DNA of 64,000 bases from Candidatus Obscuribacterales bacterium (GTDB taxonomy: Bacteria; Cyanobacteriota; Vampirovibrionia; Obscuribacterales; Obscuribacteraceae), in contig CBDDIJ010000004.1 in assembly GCA_965228855.1 (NCBI GenBank), positions 32,001 through 96,000 of the forward strand, given 5' to 3'. The notes under the pieces were generated by a model, which was given only the letters and a program-made list of their open reading frames with translations, was not told the DNA's origin and ran no database searches. A program made the translations under genes and the position numbers. This document shows positions 33,500-42,698 of this stretch, in pieces. Position 1 is the first letter of the stretch; each line of letters opens with the position of its first letter.

Positions 33500-34252
33500 T
33501 CATTGCGTGGCATCTGGCTCGGAGCGCGCGACGAACATGCCCTCTGAAGAGGCCGGTGTCGCGTCGTCGTGCTGCACTGAATCTGCCGCCGGGCTGCTGT
33601 CGGGTTGCGGCGAACCGGCAGGAGAGCCGCTGCCGAACGGGTCGACGAAGAGCGGAGCCTCGCGCCAGTCGATGGGGCGGGAGACGTTCGGGTCCGCGCC
33701 ATTCGGTAGCGGCTTGCCGCCCAGCAGAGGCGCAAGCGCGGCGACATAGGCGCGGGTCTCGGCCGGCAGTGGGCGGGCGTTTGCGAGGTATTCATCGTAA
33801 CGCGCCGGGCCGGCATTGTAGGCGGCGAGCATGCCGCCGATCGTGCCGTAGCGATCGAGCATCTCCCGCAGATATGCTGCGCCGGCGAGGATGTTGTCGC
33901 GCGGATCGAACGGGTCATCACCAAGCCGATACCGGTCGCGCAGTTCCTCCCAGGTGTCGGGCATGACCTGCATCAGGCCCATCGCGCCGGCGGGGGACAC
34001 CGCGCGAACATCGTGCGCGCTTTCGGCCGCCAGTACGGCGCGTATCCACTCCTCGGGAATGCGGAAACGCGCCGATGCTTCGGCGACGAAAGGATCGAAC
34101 CGTGCGTCGATGGTCTGCTCGGTGATCGGCCCGTACTGCGCCTGCACGCCGAGCGCGGGCGTCAGGATCGAGAGGCCGGAAAGGAGAAGGAGGACGACAC
34201 GACCGAAGCGGACGTGCCGCCGAACGACGGACCTCAGGCTGAGCGGGTGCAT
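33500..34252 (-). CDS. Lytic transglycosylase (SLT domain)
   Basis: IRAVLAAES, SPAGAMGLMQVMP, DNILAGAAYL and AAYNAGP. Confidence 0.93.
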   Translation of the reverse strand: MHPLSLRSVVRRHVRFGRVVLLLLSGLSILTPALGVQAQYGPITEQTIDARFDPFVAEASARFRIPEEWIRAVLAAESAHDVRAVSPAGAMGLMQVMPDTWEELRDRYRLGDDPFDPRDNILAGAAYLREMLDRYGTIGGMLAAYNAGPARYDEYLANARPLPAETRAYVAALAPLLGGKPLPNGADPNVSRPIDWREAPLFVDPFGSGSPAGSPQPDSSPAADSVQHDDATPASSEGMFVARSEPDATQ

Positions 34253-34255
34253 CGA

Positions 34256-34603
34256 TCAGTCCTGTGGCCTGTCCTGATCGTCGCGCCTCTTCTGGCGCGT
34301 CCAGTGCAAGCCCCAGTCGCGGCCATTCTCATCCGACTGGAACAGGCGTGCGCGAATCGGCTGCACGAAGGAGGGATCGTCGAGGATGACCGAGATGTAG
34401 GCGCCGGCGCGGTCGCCGGTCTGTAACCAGCCCGCGCCGATCTCGATGCCATCCTCGTCGCCGAGGCGAATGCGGTAGTCCGGGGCGTTCTCGACATCGG
34501 CTCTGTCGGTGGGAACGAAGACGATCGCGAGGTCGAGCGAGAGCGTGCGAACGCGCCCGGAATAACCCGTCTGCGTGCGGGTGAACTGACCGATCTGTGC
34601 CAT
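34256..34603 (-). CDS. DUF736 family protein
   Basis: MAQIGQFT..GYSGRVRTLSL...APDYRI...EIGAGW...LDDPSF. Confidence 0.88.
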   Translation of the reverse strand: MAQIGQFTRTQTGYSGRVRTLSLDLAIVFVPTDRADVENAPDYRIRLGDEDGIEIGAGWLQTGDRAGAYISVILDDPSFVQPIRARLFQSDENGRDWGLHWTRQKRRDDQDRPQD

Positions 34604-34638
34604 GGGAAGTCTCCTCTGTCTGGCGGTTGGGAAGGGCG

Positions 34639-35193
34639 TCAGGGCGCGTCGGGCGGATCGCCGACGTGCCAGTGGAAGCGGCCGTCGCCGTCCGCATCCG
34701 TCCAGATCGGGAGCGCGCGGGCGGTAACGGCGTTGAGGGGGAGCGGCCCGAAGTAGCGACCGTCAAAACTGTCCGCCGCGTCCCAGTTCATGAGGAAGAC
34801 CTCGCCTTCGGCGAGCGTCCGGCAGCCCTGCCAGGCCGGCAGTGGGCGCCCCTGGCTGTCGCGCTCGCGCGCCGCGCCATAGGCGTGGTCGAAGGCGACG
34901 ATGGTGCTACCCTGACGGCAGACCGTGTCGCCGACGACCGCCAGAACGCGCTTGAGCAGCGGCACGCCGCGCGGCAGGTAGCCGCGCTCGGCGAGGAAGG
35001 CGGCGAGCGGCTCGGGCGGCTCGACGACGACGAGATCGGGCGCCTCGACGCGGCTCACTGGCGCGAGCCGATAGAGCCCGATCGCTACGCTGGGCGAAGC
35101 GTTCCAGATGAACGCAGGGCTGTCGCGCCACATCGGCTCGGCGACGAGCGCGCAGGAGACGAGCATGGTGAGTGTGATCGCCGCGCGGCTCAT
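34639..35193 (-). CDS. traF: Conjugative S26 peptidase TraF
   Basis: WNASPSVAIGLY, LLKRVLA and SFDGRYFGP. Confidence 0.92.
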   Translation of the reverse strand: MSRAAITLTMLVSCALVAEPMWRDSPAFIWNASPSVAIGLYRLAPVSRVEAPDLVVVEPPEPLAAFLAERGYLPRGVPLLKRVLAVVGDTVCRQGSTIVAFDHAYGAARERDSQGRPLPAWQGCRTLAEGEVFLMNWDAADSFDGRYFGPLPLNAVTARALPIWTDADGDGRFHWHVGDPPDAP

Positions 35194-35708
35194 GGCGCAA
35201 CGCTCCGGCGCTTGAGCCACGCGCCGTGACGCTCGGCCGTGTAGGTGCGCGGTTCGGCGCCGGTGGCGATATAATGATGGACGTGACGCCAGTGATCGGC
35301 CGGCACGGCGCCGGGATCGATGTCCAGCGCGTCGATGGTGTCGATATGCTCGAGCACACGGGCGACCTTCGGCCACCCCTCGGCGCGGAGCAGAATCTCA
35401 CCGCCGGGGCGCACGAAGGGCAGTGTCTGGAACGGTTCTCCAGGCGCAATGGCGCGCACGATGTCGATGCGCGACAACACGGTGCCGTAGTCGTTGGCGG
35501 CCCAGCGCACGAACGCGAAAAGCGTGTTCGGTGCGAAGCCGATGATCCGGCGATGCCGGTCGAGGACCTGCTCGTAGCTCTGGCTGCCGAAGCGGATCCA
35601 GTATTCGATCCGCTTCTCTCGCCAAGTGAGTTCGACCAGTGTTGTGGAGAGCGGCGGCCCGTCGACCGTGGGCAGCATGCTGAGCGGCAGCGAGGGGCGC
35701 TGGGTCAT
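35190..35708 (-). CDS. DUF2840 family protein
   Basis: VELTWREKRIEYWIRFG...FVRWAANDYGT, at the typical ICE position. Confidence 0.85.
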   Translation of the reverse strand: MTQRPSLPLSMLPTVDGPPLSTTLVELTWREKRIEYWIRFGSQSYEQVLDRHRRIIGFAPNTLFAFVRWAANDYGTVLSRIDIVRAIAPGEPFQTLPFVRPGGEILLRAEGWPKVARVLEHIDTIDALDIDPGAVPADHWRHVHHYIATGAEPRTYTAERHGAWLKRRSVAP

Positions 35709-35956
35709 TCGCTGCCCTTTTCATCGGTGGGAAACTCGCGGGCGAAGAGGTCGCGCAGCATGTCGGCGACGGTGATGCCCCGCTGGAAGGCTGCCACCTT
35801 GATGCGGCCGCGCAGGTCCGGTGCGACATCGATGGTAAGCCGCGCCGTGTATCCGGCAGCCGCGCCAGCGCGCGGCGACGCCTCGGCGGACTTGATCCAG
35901 CGGTCCGGATCGCCAGGACGCGCGGTGAAGCGGTGTCGGGACGGCGCGCCGGTCAC
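35705..35956 (-). CDS. Small ParG-like ribbon-helix-helix partition protein
   Basis: [30 protein letters not shown], directly after parA. Confidence 0.8.
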   Translation of the reverse strand: MTGAPSRHRFTARPGDPDRWIKSAEASPRAGAAAGYTARLTIDVAPDLRGRIKVAAFQRGITVADMLRDLFAREFPTDEKGSE

Positions 35957-36606
35957 GACGTCACCGTCCCGATGCGGAGCCGCTCGATCTCGGAAGCGAG
36001 CGCGCCGATCTCACGCGCGGCGAGCCCCCCGACATCAAATTCGCAAGCGAGTTGCCCGGATTGCGCCGCCGCGGCGAACAGCACGCGCTGGCCAATCGTT
36101 GCGGCGAGAACGGGCGGATCGTGATCGGCGAGCGTCTCGGCGGTGTCGCGCGCGATGATGGTGCGCGCGCCGCACCGGTTGAGCACGAAGCGGGCGGCGA
36201 GTTGCGGCCGGTAGATGCGCGCCTCGGCGAGCAGCGCCAGCATCTCGGCCGAAGCCCAGCCGTCGAGCGGCGACGGCTGCACCGGGATCAGCACGAGGTC
36301 GGCGGCGAGCAGCGACGAGCGCATCAGGCCGGCGACGCGAGGCGGTCCGTCGATGACGACGTGGTCGGCGTCGCGGGCGAGTTCCGGCGCTTCGCGGTGC
36401 AGCGTGTCGCGCGCCAGCCCAACAACGCCGAACAGGCGCGGCGCCCCACTGCGGCTGCGCTGCTGCGACCAGTCAAGCGCCGAGCCCTGCGGGTCGGCAT
36501 CGACCAGGGTGACGCGCTTGCCGCGCCGTGCCCATTCACCGGCGAGATGCAGGGCGAGCGTGGTCTTGCCGACGCCGCCCTTCTGGTTGAGGAGCGCGAT
36601 GATCAT
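35953..36606 (-). CDS. parA: ParA family partition ATPase
   Basis: [17 protein letters not shown] and IDGPP. Confidence 0.95.
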   Translation of the reverse strand: MIIALLNQKGGVGKTTLALHLAGEWARRGKRVTLVDADPQGSALDWSQQRSRSGAPRLFGVVGLARDTLHREAPELARDADHVVIDGPPRVAGLMRSSLLAADLVLIPVQPSPLDGWASAEMLALLAEARIYRPQLAARFVLNRCGARTIIARDTAETLADHDPPVLAATIGQRVLFAAAAQSGQLACEFDVGGLAAREIGALASEIERLRIGTVTS

Positions 36607-37667
36607 CGGTCGCTCCTCCGGCGAATGGTGCCAGAAGGAGGGGAGTTATCCCCGGAACGCGTTCCCAAATAATTAGATTTAGACTCTTCTTTAGAGTCTT
36701 TACGGGCGTGATTCTGCTCGCTTGGCCAAAGGCTTAACTGAGGTTCGTGCGCCTGATGTACGGATAGGTTTGCGCCCGATGTACGGATACCGGACGCGCC
36801 CGATGTACGGATATCTGGCGAAGTTACGCACAGCTTTTCCACAGGGCGGATGTGGACAAGTTCTTCTCTGTCCGGTGCGCGTTCGATGGCGAGCGCATAG
36901 CCAGGCAGCGGCTGGCGGCGCGCAATGGCGCGAATGTCGATGGCGAAGTCGGAATAGCGCGCGAGCGAGCCGCTCTTGGTATGGAGATGCCGAAGCTCGA
37001 AGCGCCAGCCACCGGTCTGGCGGCCGGCGTGCTTGCGCGCCACGCGATAAAGCCAGCGCTCGATGCCACCAGTGAGGTCGAAGTAGTCAGGGTCGATGGC
37101 GAGGACCAGGCGGCGATCGACGATGCCTTGGTAGAGCCATTCGGGCAGGACGAACTCCATGCCCTCGACATGGCCGCTGTGCGTCGCCAGTTCTTCCCAC
37201 TCGTTGATCCAGGAGAATTGCTGGCGCCGCCAGTGCTCGCCCTGGCGGATGGTGGTGCGGATGACTGTCGATTGCAGGCGGGTCAGCGCACTCTTGATCA
37301 GGAAGTAGCTGCGCGCGCCCGTGGTGCGGCCGATGCCGTTGAGCAGTTGATAGGGCGTGAAGCGGAAGAAGCGCGAGGTCGGCAGGCCTCGATCCTGGGC
37401 GGCCAGGATCTGGCTTGCGGCCCAGATCAGCACGTCGGCATCCCAGATCGTCGCCATGCCGTGTTCGGCGACGGCATAGACTTGGAGTTCGACGTCGCCG
37501 GCCTTGTAATGGATCGGCGCGACGCGGCGCGACTTCGACAGCGAGAAGAAGGGATGCGCCATCAGATCGCGCTGATCGCGCGGCGGCACGTCGCCGCTCA
37601 GCGCCTCGAAGGGATCGAGTTGCGCACGTTCGCTGCGCTGGCGCGGTGATGCCGTCATTGGGATCAC
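36603..37667 (-). CDS. repA: Replication initiator protein A (RPA family)
   Basis: [34 protein letters not shown] and [19 protein letters not shown]. Confidence 0.9.
   Translation of the reverse strand: MIPMTASPRQRSERAQLDPFEALSGDVPPRDQRDLMAHPFFSLSKSRRVAPIHYKAGDVELQVYAVAEHGMATIWDADVLIWAASQILAAQDRGLPTSRFFRFTPYQLLNGIGRTTGARSYFLIKSALTRLQSTVIRTTIRQGEHWRRQQFSWINEWEELATHSGHVEGMEFVLPEWLYQGIVDRRLVLAIDPDYFDLTGGIERWLYRVARKHAGRQTGGWRFELRHLHTKSGSLARYSDFAIDIRAIARRQPLPGYALAIERAPDREELVHIRPVEKLCVTSPDIRTSGASGIRTSGANLSVHQAHEPQLSLWPSEQNHARKDSKEESKSNYLGTRSGDNSPPSGTIRRRSDR
36749..36859 (+). repeat. Three 18-bp iteron-like repeats plus DnaA-box-like sites inside repA (candidate oriV)
   Basis: GCGCCYGATGTACGGATA at 36749, 36772 and 36796; TTTTCCACA at 36835-36843; TGTGGACAA at 36851-36859; AT-rich patch at ~36667-36702. 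Confidence 0.75.
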
Positions 37668-37670
37668 CGT

Positions 37671-37925
37671 TCAGCGAGCGTCAAGGCGGCGGGCCGGATG
37701 GACCGTGCCGTGACCGGGATCGGAGGTAGAGGTCTTGGTGCCGCGATCGGCCCAAGCCTGGAGATCCTCGAGCGCATAGACGACGCGGCCCCCCAGTTTC
37801 CGGTAGGCCGGGCCGGTGCCGTAGGTGCGGTGCTTTTCGAGCGTGCGGTCCGAGAGGCCAAGGAAGCGGGCGGCCTCGGGGGTCCTGAGATAGCGCGGCG
37901 GCAAGCCGGCGGTATTGGAAGTCAT
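37671..37925 (-). CDS. rdfS: AlpA/RdfS-like excisionase (recombination directionality factor)
   Basis: YLRTPEAARFLGLSDRTLEKHRTYGTGPAYRKLGGRVVY..EDL.AW. Confidence 0.85.
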   Translation of the reverse strand: MTSNTAGLPPRYLRTPEAARFLGLSDRTLEKHRTYGTGPAYRKLGGRVVYALEDLQAWADRGTKTSTSDPGHGTVHPARRLDAR

Positions 37926-38063
37926 GAGCGGGTCTCCGCGAGTGCGATCAGACCGCCGGTGTTCGACGGCGGGCATTGATCACGGTGGCGAAGACGGGGC
38001 GCGAAGGGGGATGAGGAAGTTTGCAGGGCGAAAATCCTCACCCCTGCCGGTGACGATTCCGGA

Positions 38064-38820
38064 TTATTCCTTGCGGCGATGACGCAGAAGCTGACGGTAG
38101 CCGCCGGCAATCATGGTGCGGCCGCCATGGACAAGACCGATGATGGTGGCGCGCAGGGGAGAGGTCTTCCAGGGCTCAGCTGCGACGCGACCGGGCCCGA
38201 ACAAGACGATGGCGATATCGCGATAGCTTGCGCCGTCCAGGTGGCCATCGGTCGCCTGCAACATCTGCCGATGGCGGCGCTGCTGCTGAGGTGTCAGTCG
38301 GCGGTCATCGGGAACGGCGCGGCCCTGCAGGGCGCGCAGCAGGCGGTCGATGGCGTGGATCCGGTCAAAGCCGTCGGCATCAAGCGGCACCAGCGCGGCG
38401 AGCGCCGTTCCAGCCGGTGCGCCGGCAAGCCGCAGGATGCGGATGGCCTGGTTGCCGATAGCGAACACCGTGTGTTCGCCCTGGTCGTCCGACCGCGCGG
38501 CTGGATCGCGCAACTCGGAGGAGAGGTTCTCTGCCGTCGGCAGCACGATGGGCGACTGCGTAAGCAGTACGGCGCTCGTGTCCGCCTCGACGGACCAGAA
38601 CACGGGACCCAGGCCAGCACTCAGCGACGGCGGGACAAAAAAACTGCAATCCCCACTTTTTGCCGAGCTCTACCCGTGCGGAGGCATGCTCGGCGCGGGC
38701 ATAGTCCTGTTGATAGTCCTTGTTGCGCCTGAGCCATTCCCAGGCGAGGTCGGTCGAATTCAATTCGTCGAGATAGTCGTATGTCTCCGAGGAGCGCCAG
38801 TGGGAGATATCGGGCGTCAT
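38064..38820 (-). CDS. fseA: FseA-like transcriptional activator (DUF6499 + DUF2285) made by a +1 frameshift
   Basis: The 0 frame gives MTPDISHWRS..YDYL...AWEWLRRN.DYQ.DY...KWGLQF. TGG-GGA-TTG-CAG-TTT-TTT-T then leads into the +1 frame PVFW...LQATDG...GASYRDIA..LFG...GGYRQLL. Confidence 0.88.
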
Positions 38821-38928
38821 CGTTGGTCCTCGTTGCCGCAACGTGGGGCGGGCAGCGTCCCGGAAACTTGACGGCTTGGGAAGAGTTTAAGAAAGCACCG
38901 CGCGATGCCTGAGGCGCACCGCGGCGTA

Positions 38929-39192
38929 CTATAGCGGTTTCCCGTGAAGCAGCTTGCGGTAACCGTGCTCCGTCATCCAGCGCGCGCGAGAGAGATGGCT
39001 GTCGTGGACACGCTGTGCCCGCTCGGGTTCGGCTTCGGGATCGATCTCGAAGATCACCGCCACGGCCTCACGCCAATCCGCGCCGTCGGTGGCTGCGTCC
39101 AGCACCCGCATATAAGCTTTCATATGCGTGCGATCGTAGTCCGTCAGCTCGGCGCTGTCGGGTGGGGCGTCCAGATACTCGATTGGCGCCAT
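38929..39192 (-). CDS. qseM: QseM-like antiactivator (stand-alone DUF2285)
   Basis: LTDYDR.H...YMRVLDA..DGADWRE....IDPEAEPERA....DSHL.RARWM...GYRKLL. Confidence 0.88.
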   Translation of the reverse strand: MAPIEYLDAPPDSAELTDYDRTHMKAYMRVLDAATDGADWREAVAVIFEIDPEAEPERAQRVHDSHLSRARWMTEHGYRKLLHGKPL

Positions 39193-39290
39193 GGTCGTGT
39201 TTCTCCCCTCGGACCGAGCATATATCGAGAGGCCGGGTCCTGTAACGATGAAGATGAACGGCGTGTCAGTACCACGCCCTCTCGCGAATC

Positions 39291-39319
39291 GGAACTATCG
39301 TTCCTAGAACGATCGTTCC
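39291..39319. promoter_or_regulatory. Tandem palindromic operators (OL/OR-like) between the divergent qseM and qseC
   Basis: GGAACTATCGTTCC (39291-39304) and GAACGATCGTTC (39307-39318), with a 15-bp period. Confidence 0.78.
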
Positions 39320-39340
39320 GACGCTGGTTCTCGTTCTGCC

Positions 39341-39556
39341 ATGGACCTCAAGGAGGTCATGGCGATCAACCTGCGTCGGATACGCCATGACAAGGATATG
39401 ACGCAGGAAGAACTGGCGGACCGGGCTGGCTTGAGCGCGCGGTATATCGGTGCGATCGAGCGCGCGAACAAATCGGCAAGCGTGACCGTTCTTGGCCGGA
39501 TTGCCGAGGCCCTCGGGGTGGAAGCGGCCGCACTGATCAAGCGCCCTCGGCAGTGA
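39341..39556 (+). CDS. qseC: QseC-like XRE/C-protein regulator
   Basis: NLRRIRH...MTQEELADRAGLSARYIGAIER; divergent from qseM. Confidence 0.85.
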   Translation: MDLKEVMAINLRRIRHDKDMTQEELADRAGLSARYIGAIERANKSASVTVLGRIAEALGVEAAALIKRPRQ

Positions 39557-39599
39557 TGATCTGATCGGGACGTCGAGGCGACATCCGCCTCGCGCGCGA

Positions 39600-39632
39600 T
39601 GTAGAGAATACTCCGTGGCAGAATTCTCTACA
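39600..39632. promoter_or_regulatory. Inverted repeat upstream of the second XRE gene
   Basis: TGTAGAGAAT-N13-ATTCTCTACA. Confidence 0.6.
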
Positions 39633-39651
39633 AGGCCGTGTCCTCTCGTGC

Positions 39652-39903
39652 ATGGAGATACGAGAGATACTGGCCCACAATCTGAAGACCTATCGCCGTG
39701 CGCAGGGCTTGTCGCAGGAGGAACTGGCGCACCGCGCCGGCATCGACCGGACCTATATCAGTTCGCTCGAGCGCTGCGTCTATGCGGCCGGCATCGATGT
39801 CGTGGACAGCCTGGCCAAGGTGCTCGGCGTCGAGGCGTCCGACCTGTTGAAGCGACCGGAACGCGGCGCGTCCCGGCGCCGGACGACTGGCCGTAGCAGT
39901 TGA
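39652..39903 (+). CDS. Second XRE/C-protein-like regulator
   Basis: NLKTYRRAQGLSQEELAHRAGIDRTYISSLER. Confidence 0.88.
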   Translation: MEIREILAHNLKTYRRAQGLSQEELAHRAGIDRTYISSLERCVYAAGIDVVDSLAKVLGVEASDLLKRPERGASRRRTTGRSS

Positions 39904-39906
39904 AGG

Positions 39907-39931
39907 CCCCGCCCGGACCAGCCGGGCGGGG
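39907..39931. terminator. GC-rich hairpin between convergent genes
   Basis: CCCCGCCCGG-ACCAG-CCGGGCGGGG; no clear U-tract. Confidence 0.5.
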
Positions 39932-39946
39932 TGTTGGCCGTTCGCC

Positions 39947-40273
39947 TCAGTCGCCGTTGCGGCGGGTCGGGCGGGACCAGATGAGGCTGTAGCTCTCGCC
40001 GTCTTCGTCCTCGACCAGGTTGGCGTAGATCGGGGCGGTGAAGCTGGGGTCGTCGAGCTTGAAGCCCAGGTAGGGACGGCCCTCGTTGGACTGCTTGCTC
40101 CAGGCGGCGCCGATCTCGGCGCGGCCGACGAAGACCCGGTGGCTGGGGGCGTTCTCGCCGCTGGCGCGGGTGTCGGCTGTGACGCGGACGTTCTTGGCCT
40201 GGACCGAGAGGGTGACGATTTCGCCGGTGAATTCGTTGTTGGCGGTCTTCTTGAAGGTGCCGATGGTGGCCAT
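39947..40273 (-). CDS. DUF736 family protein (second copy)
   Basis: MATIGTFKK...FTGEIVTLS...APSHRV..GRAEIGAAW...KLDDPSFTAPIYANL. Confidence 0.9.
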   Translation of the reverse strand: MATIGTFKKTANNEFTGEIVTLSVQAKNVRVTADTRASGENAPSHRVFVGRAEIGAAWSKQSNEGRPYLGFKLDDPSFTAPIYANLVEDEDGESYSLIWSRPTRRNGD

Positions 40274-40289
40274 GGTAGTTCTCCTTGGT

Positions 40290-40500
40290 TTCTGGCTCGA
40301 GCCCGCACCATGCGGCCTCGATGGCGATCGTCCGGCCGAAGGCGATCGACGGCGCACCCCGCAGGGGCCTGACGGCAGAGGAGGAACTATCTTGTTTCGC
40401 GAGGAACCCGGCCTCTTGGCCGGGAGGGGAAGATAGTTTTGACGGCGCTGTTGCGCCTTAGGCGATCGAGGCGAAGCCGGCCTTCGGACAGATCAAGCCA
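40290..40500. promoter_or_regulatory. Large nested hairpin upstream of DUF736 (candidate ssDNA promoter or ssi)
   Basis: GCCTCGAT 40315 pairs with ATCGAGGC 40465 and encloses AACTATCTT 40385 / AAGATAGTT 40430; related to 42380-42635. Confidence 0.55.
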
Positions 40501-40853
40501 GACAAAGAGGCCGTACTGGAGCGGTCTTGAAGCTGAAAGGAACCGGGGAGAACTGCTCTGGCGACCTGGTGTGCCTAGGACCGTCTGACGGTTTCACTTG
40601 CGGGATTGCCTGCCGGCGTCCCAAGCAATCTCCTGTCCGCACCGCCGTCGCTCGAGCGGTGGCGCACCGCCCGGACCACGCGTTCCGGGCATGACGCTGA
40701 TCCCAGCGCTGGAGCAACCGATGACCAACGCCGCCCCCCTACGGGCTCCTCGAGTTCGACGAGTCGCTCGTTCACGGCCGCGCTTCCCCACCTTCCAGCG
40801 GCGGAAGACGCCGGCTCATTGTCGAGCTGGGTTGTCCCGGTCGGTCGCTTCGG

Positions 40854-41297
40854 TCACGAGGCTCGCGCGACACCCTGTCCGGCTGGTCCGGGCGGGGCCA
40901 TCATGGTGAGACGCATGAGGGCCGTGATGCCGACTGCGATGGCGCCAGCAACGGCGAAGACCACCTGCCAGGTCTCGGACGGCATGGTCAGCTTCACGAT
41001 GCCGAAGGTGGCGTGGTAGCCGGCGACGACTGCCGGGGCGACGAAGACGAGCAGCACGAGGAGTTTCAGCCATACGGGCTGCACGACGAGCAGCACGAGT
41101 TGGAAGAGACCGAAGGTGGCAGCCGCAGCCAGCGTACCGACAATAACGCCGCCGAGGCCGCCGGCCCCGGTGCTGTTGGCCCAGAGGCCGATGGAGATGC
41201 CGGCGAACACGGGGAGCGCGAAGACGGCGAGATTGAAGAGCAGCCAGCAGAGCGCGACGATGCCGGCGAGCGATACGAGAATGCCGATGATGATCAT
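40854..41297 (-). CDS. Small multi-pass membrane protein
   Basis: About five hydrophobic segments (LCWLLFNLAVFALP) and an RBS GGAG upstream. Confidence 0.8.
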   Translation of the reverse strand: MIIIGILVSLAGIVALCWLLFNLAVFALPVFAGISIGLWANSTGAGGLGGVIVGTLAAAATFGLFQLVLLVVQPVWLKLLVLLVFVAPAVVAGYHATFGIVKLTMPSETWQVVFAVAGAIAVGITALMRLTMMAPPGPAGQGVARAS

Positions 41298-41427
41298 GGT
41301 GGTGGTCTCCGTGGACGATGTCGAACGGGCGCGCCTCCACCACCACCGCGGCGCAATTGGAAGTATAGCGCAGCGAGCGTGTGGCGCAAATCACGCGCGT
41401 CGCTTCGGTGATGGTCGGGGACGGCGC

Positions 41428-42360
41428 TCACGCGCCGTCCTTCTTGCGGAAGTCGTAGGCATTGATGCCGAGCTTCCTCGCCTTGTCGGCGAAATTGTCC
41501 TGGATGCCGGTGCCCGGGAAAACGACGACCCCGATCGGCAGGATGTCGAGCATCGCGTCGTTGCGCTTAAAGGGTGCGGATCGGCCGTGCTTCTCCCAGT
41601 CCGGCGCGAAGCCGATTTGCGGCACGTTGCGATTGTCCGCCCACTTGGCGGCGATCAGTTCTGCGCCCCTGGGCGACTTGCCGTGGATCAGCACCATGTC
41701 GGGGTGCTTGGCGTGGACCTTGTCGAGCGCGTCCCAGACGAGGTGGTGATCGTTGAAGTCGAGGCCGCCGGTCAGGGCGATCTTCGGACCGGTCGGCAGC
41801 ATCACGTCGCTCTCGGCCTTGCGCCTTGCGGCGAGGAAATCGCGGCTGTCGACCAGGGCGGCGGTCAGGTGCCGGTGATTGACCATCGACCCCGAGCGTG
41901 GGCGCCAGGCCGAGCCGGTGTGCTGTTCGTAGCGGTCGGCGGACTGGTCGCGCATGAGTTCGAAGGCATCGCGCCGTTCGAGCATCGTCTGGCCCTGGGC
42001 GGTGAGGGTCTCGAGTTCGACCGCCTTGATCTCGGTGCCGTCCTGTTCGCGCTGCAGGCGGCGTTGGGCCTGCTCATTGTCGTCCAGTTGGCGCTCGATC
42101 CTGAGGACGGCGCGGTGGAAGACATTGCTGACCGACCAGAGCAGGTCGTCGAGATCGGGTTCGAGGCGTGTATCGGCCAGGGTGGCGATGAGGGCGTCGA
42201 AGATGTCGGCCACCGCTCCGGCCACATGGTCGCCATCGGGCAGCGGTCGCGGATCGGGCTCATCGCTGTAGGGGCGCCAGCCATAGAGCTGGAGTTCGGT
42301 GAGGACGTGGTCGGTCGGGGACGATGCGTGCTGCGGTTCGGTCTCGTCATGCTCGCTCAT
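41428..42360 (-). CDS. DUF2493 / YspA-SLOG family protein
   Basis: ELQLYGWRP..DEPDPRPLP; KIALTGG.DFNDH..VWDALDKV..KHPDMVLIHG..P.GAELIA; APFKRND. Confidence 0.85.
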   Translation of the reverse strand: MSEHDETEPQHASSPTDHVLTELQLYGWRPYSDEPDPRPLPDGDHVAGAVADIFDALIATLADTRLEPDLDDLLWSVSNVFHRAVLRIERQLDDNEQAQRRLQREQDGTEIKAVELETLTAQGQTMLERRDAFELMRDQSADRYEQHTGSAWRPRSGSMVNHRHLTAALVDSRDFLAARRKAESDVMLPTGPKIALTGGLDFNDHHLVWDALDKVHAKHPDMVLIHGKSPRGAELIAAKWADNRNVPQIGFAPDWEKHGRSAPFKRNDAMLDILPIGVVVFPGTGIQDNFADKARKLGINAYDFRKKDGA

Positions 42361-42379
42361 GGGGATCTCCCGTCGGCTG

Positions 42380-42635
42380 GACCGCGACCCTCGCGGCCTT
42401 CATGGCGACGAAAGCCCACGGGCGGGACGGCACGGCATCCGGAGCGGAGCGGAGGGCCGAAGCGTCAGCGGAGGATGGCAGAGGCCGACTATTTTGCCTC
42501 GCGATGGAAAGGCGTGCGCTCAGTCGCTGGCGTTCGCCAGCAATCGCGCGCCGCCGGAAAATAGTCGGCCGCCGCCATTGCCTGGCCGGCCCGTTTGTGG
42601 GCGCGATCGCCCTCTCGAAGGCCGGGTCGCGGCTC
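42380..42635. promoter_or_regulatory. Large nested hairpin upstream of DUF2493 (candidate ssDNA promoter or ssi)
   Basis: CCGCGACCC 42382 / GGGTCGCGG 42624, GGCCTTC / GAAGGCC, GCCCAC / GTGGGC and GGCCGACTATTTT 42483 / AAAATAGTCGGCC 42558. Confidence 0.65.
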
Positions 42636-42698
42636 TCCTCTGGCGCGGTCCACAAGCGATTCAGGCGGCCCCGGACGTCGCCCTCGTCCCGTACCGGC

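Noticed and set aside
36749..36813. Mini CRISPR array
   Set aside because: Spacers are only 5-6 bp, the repeats lie inside repA, and there are no cas genes.
39291..39319. GAAC-N4-GTTC as a Gram-positive LexA box
   Set aside because: The host uses GTTC-N7-GTTC, and the position and 15-bp period fit QseC-type operators.
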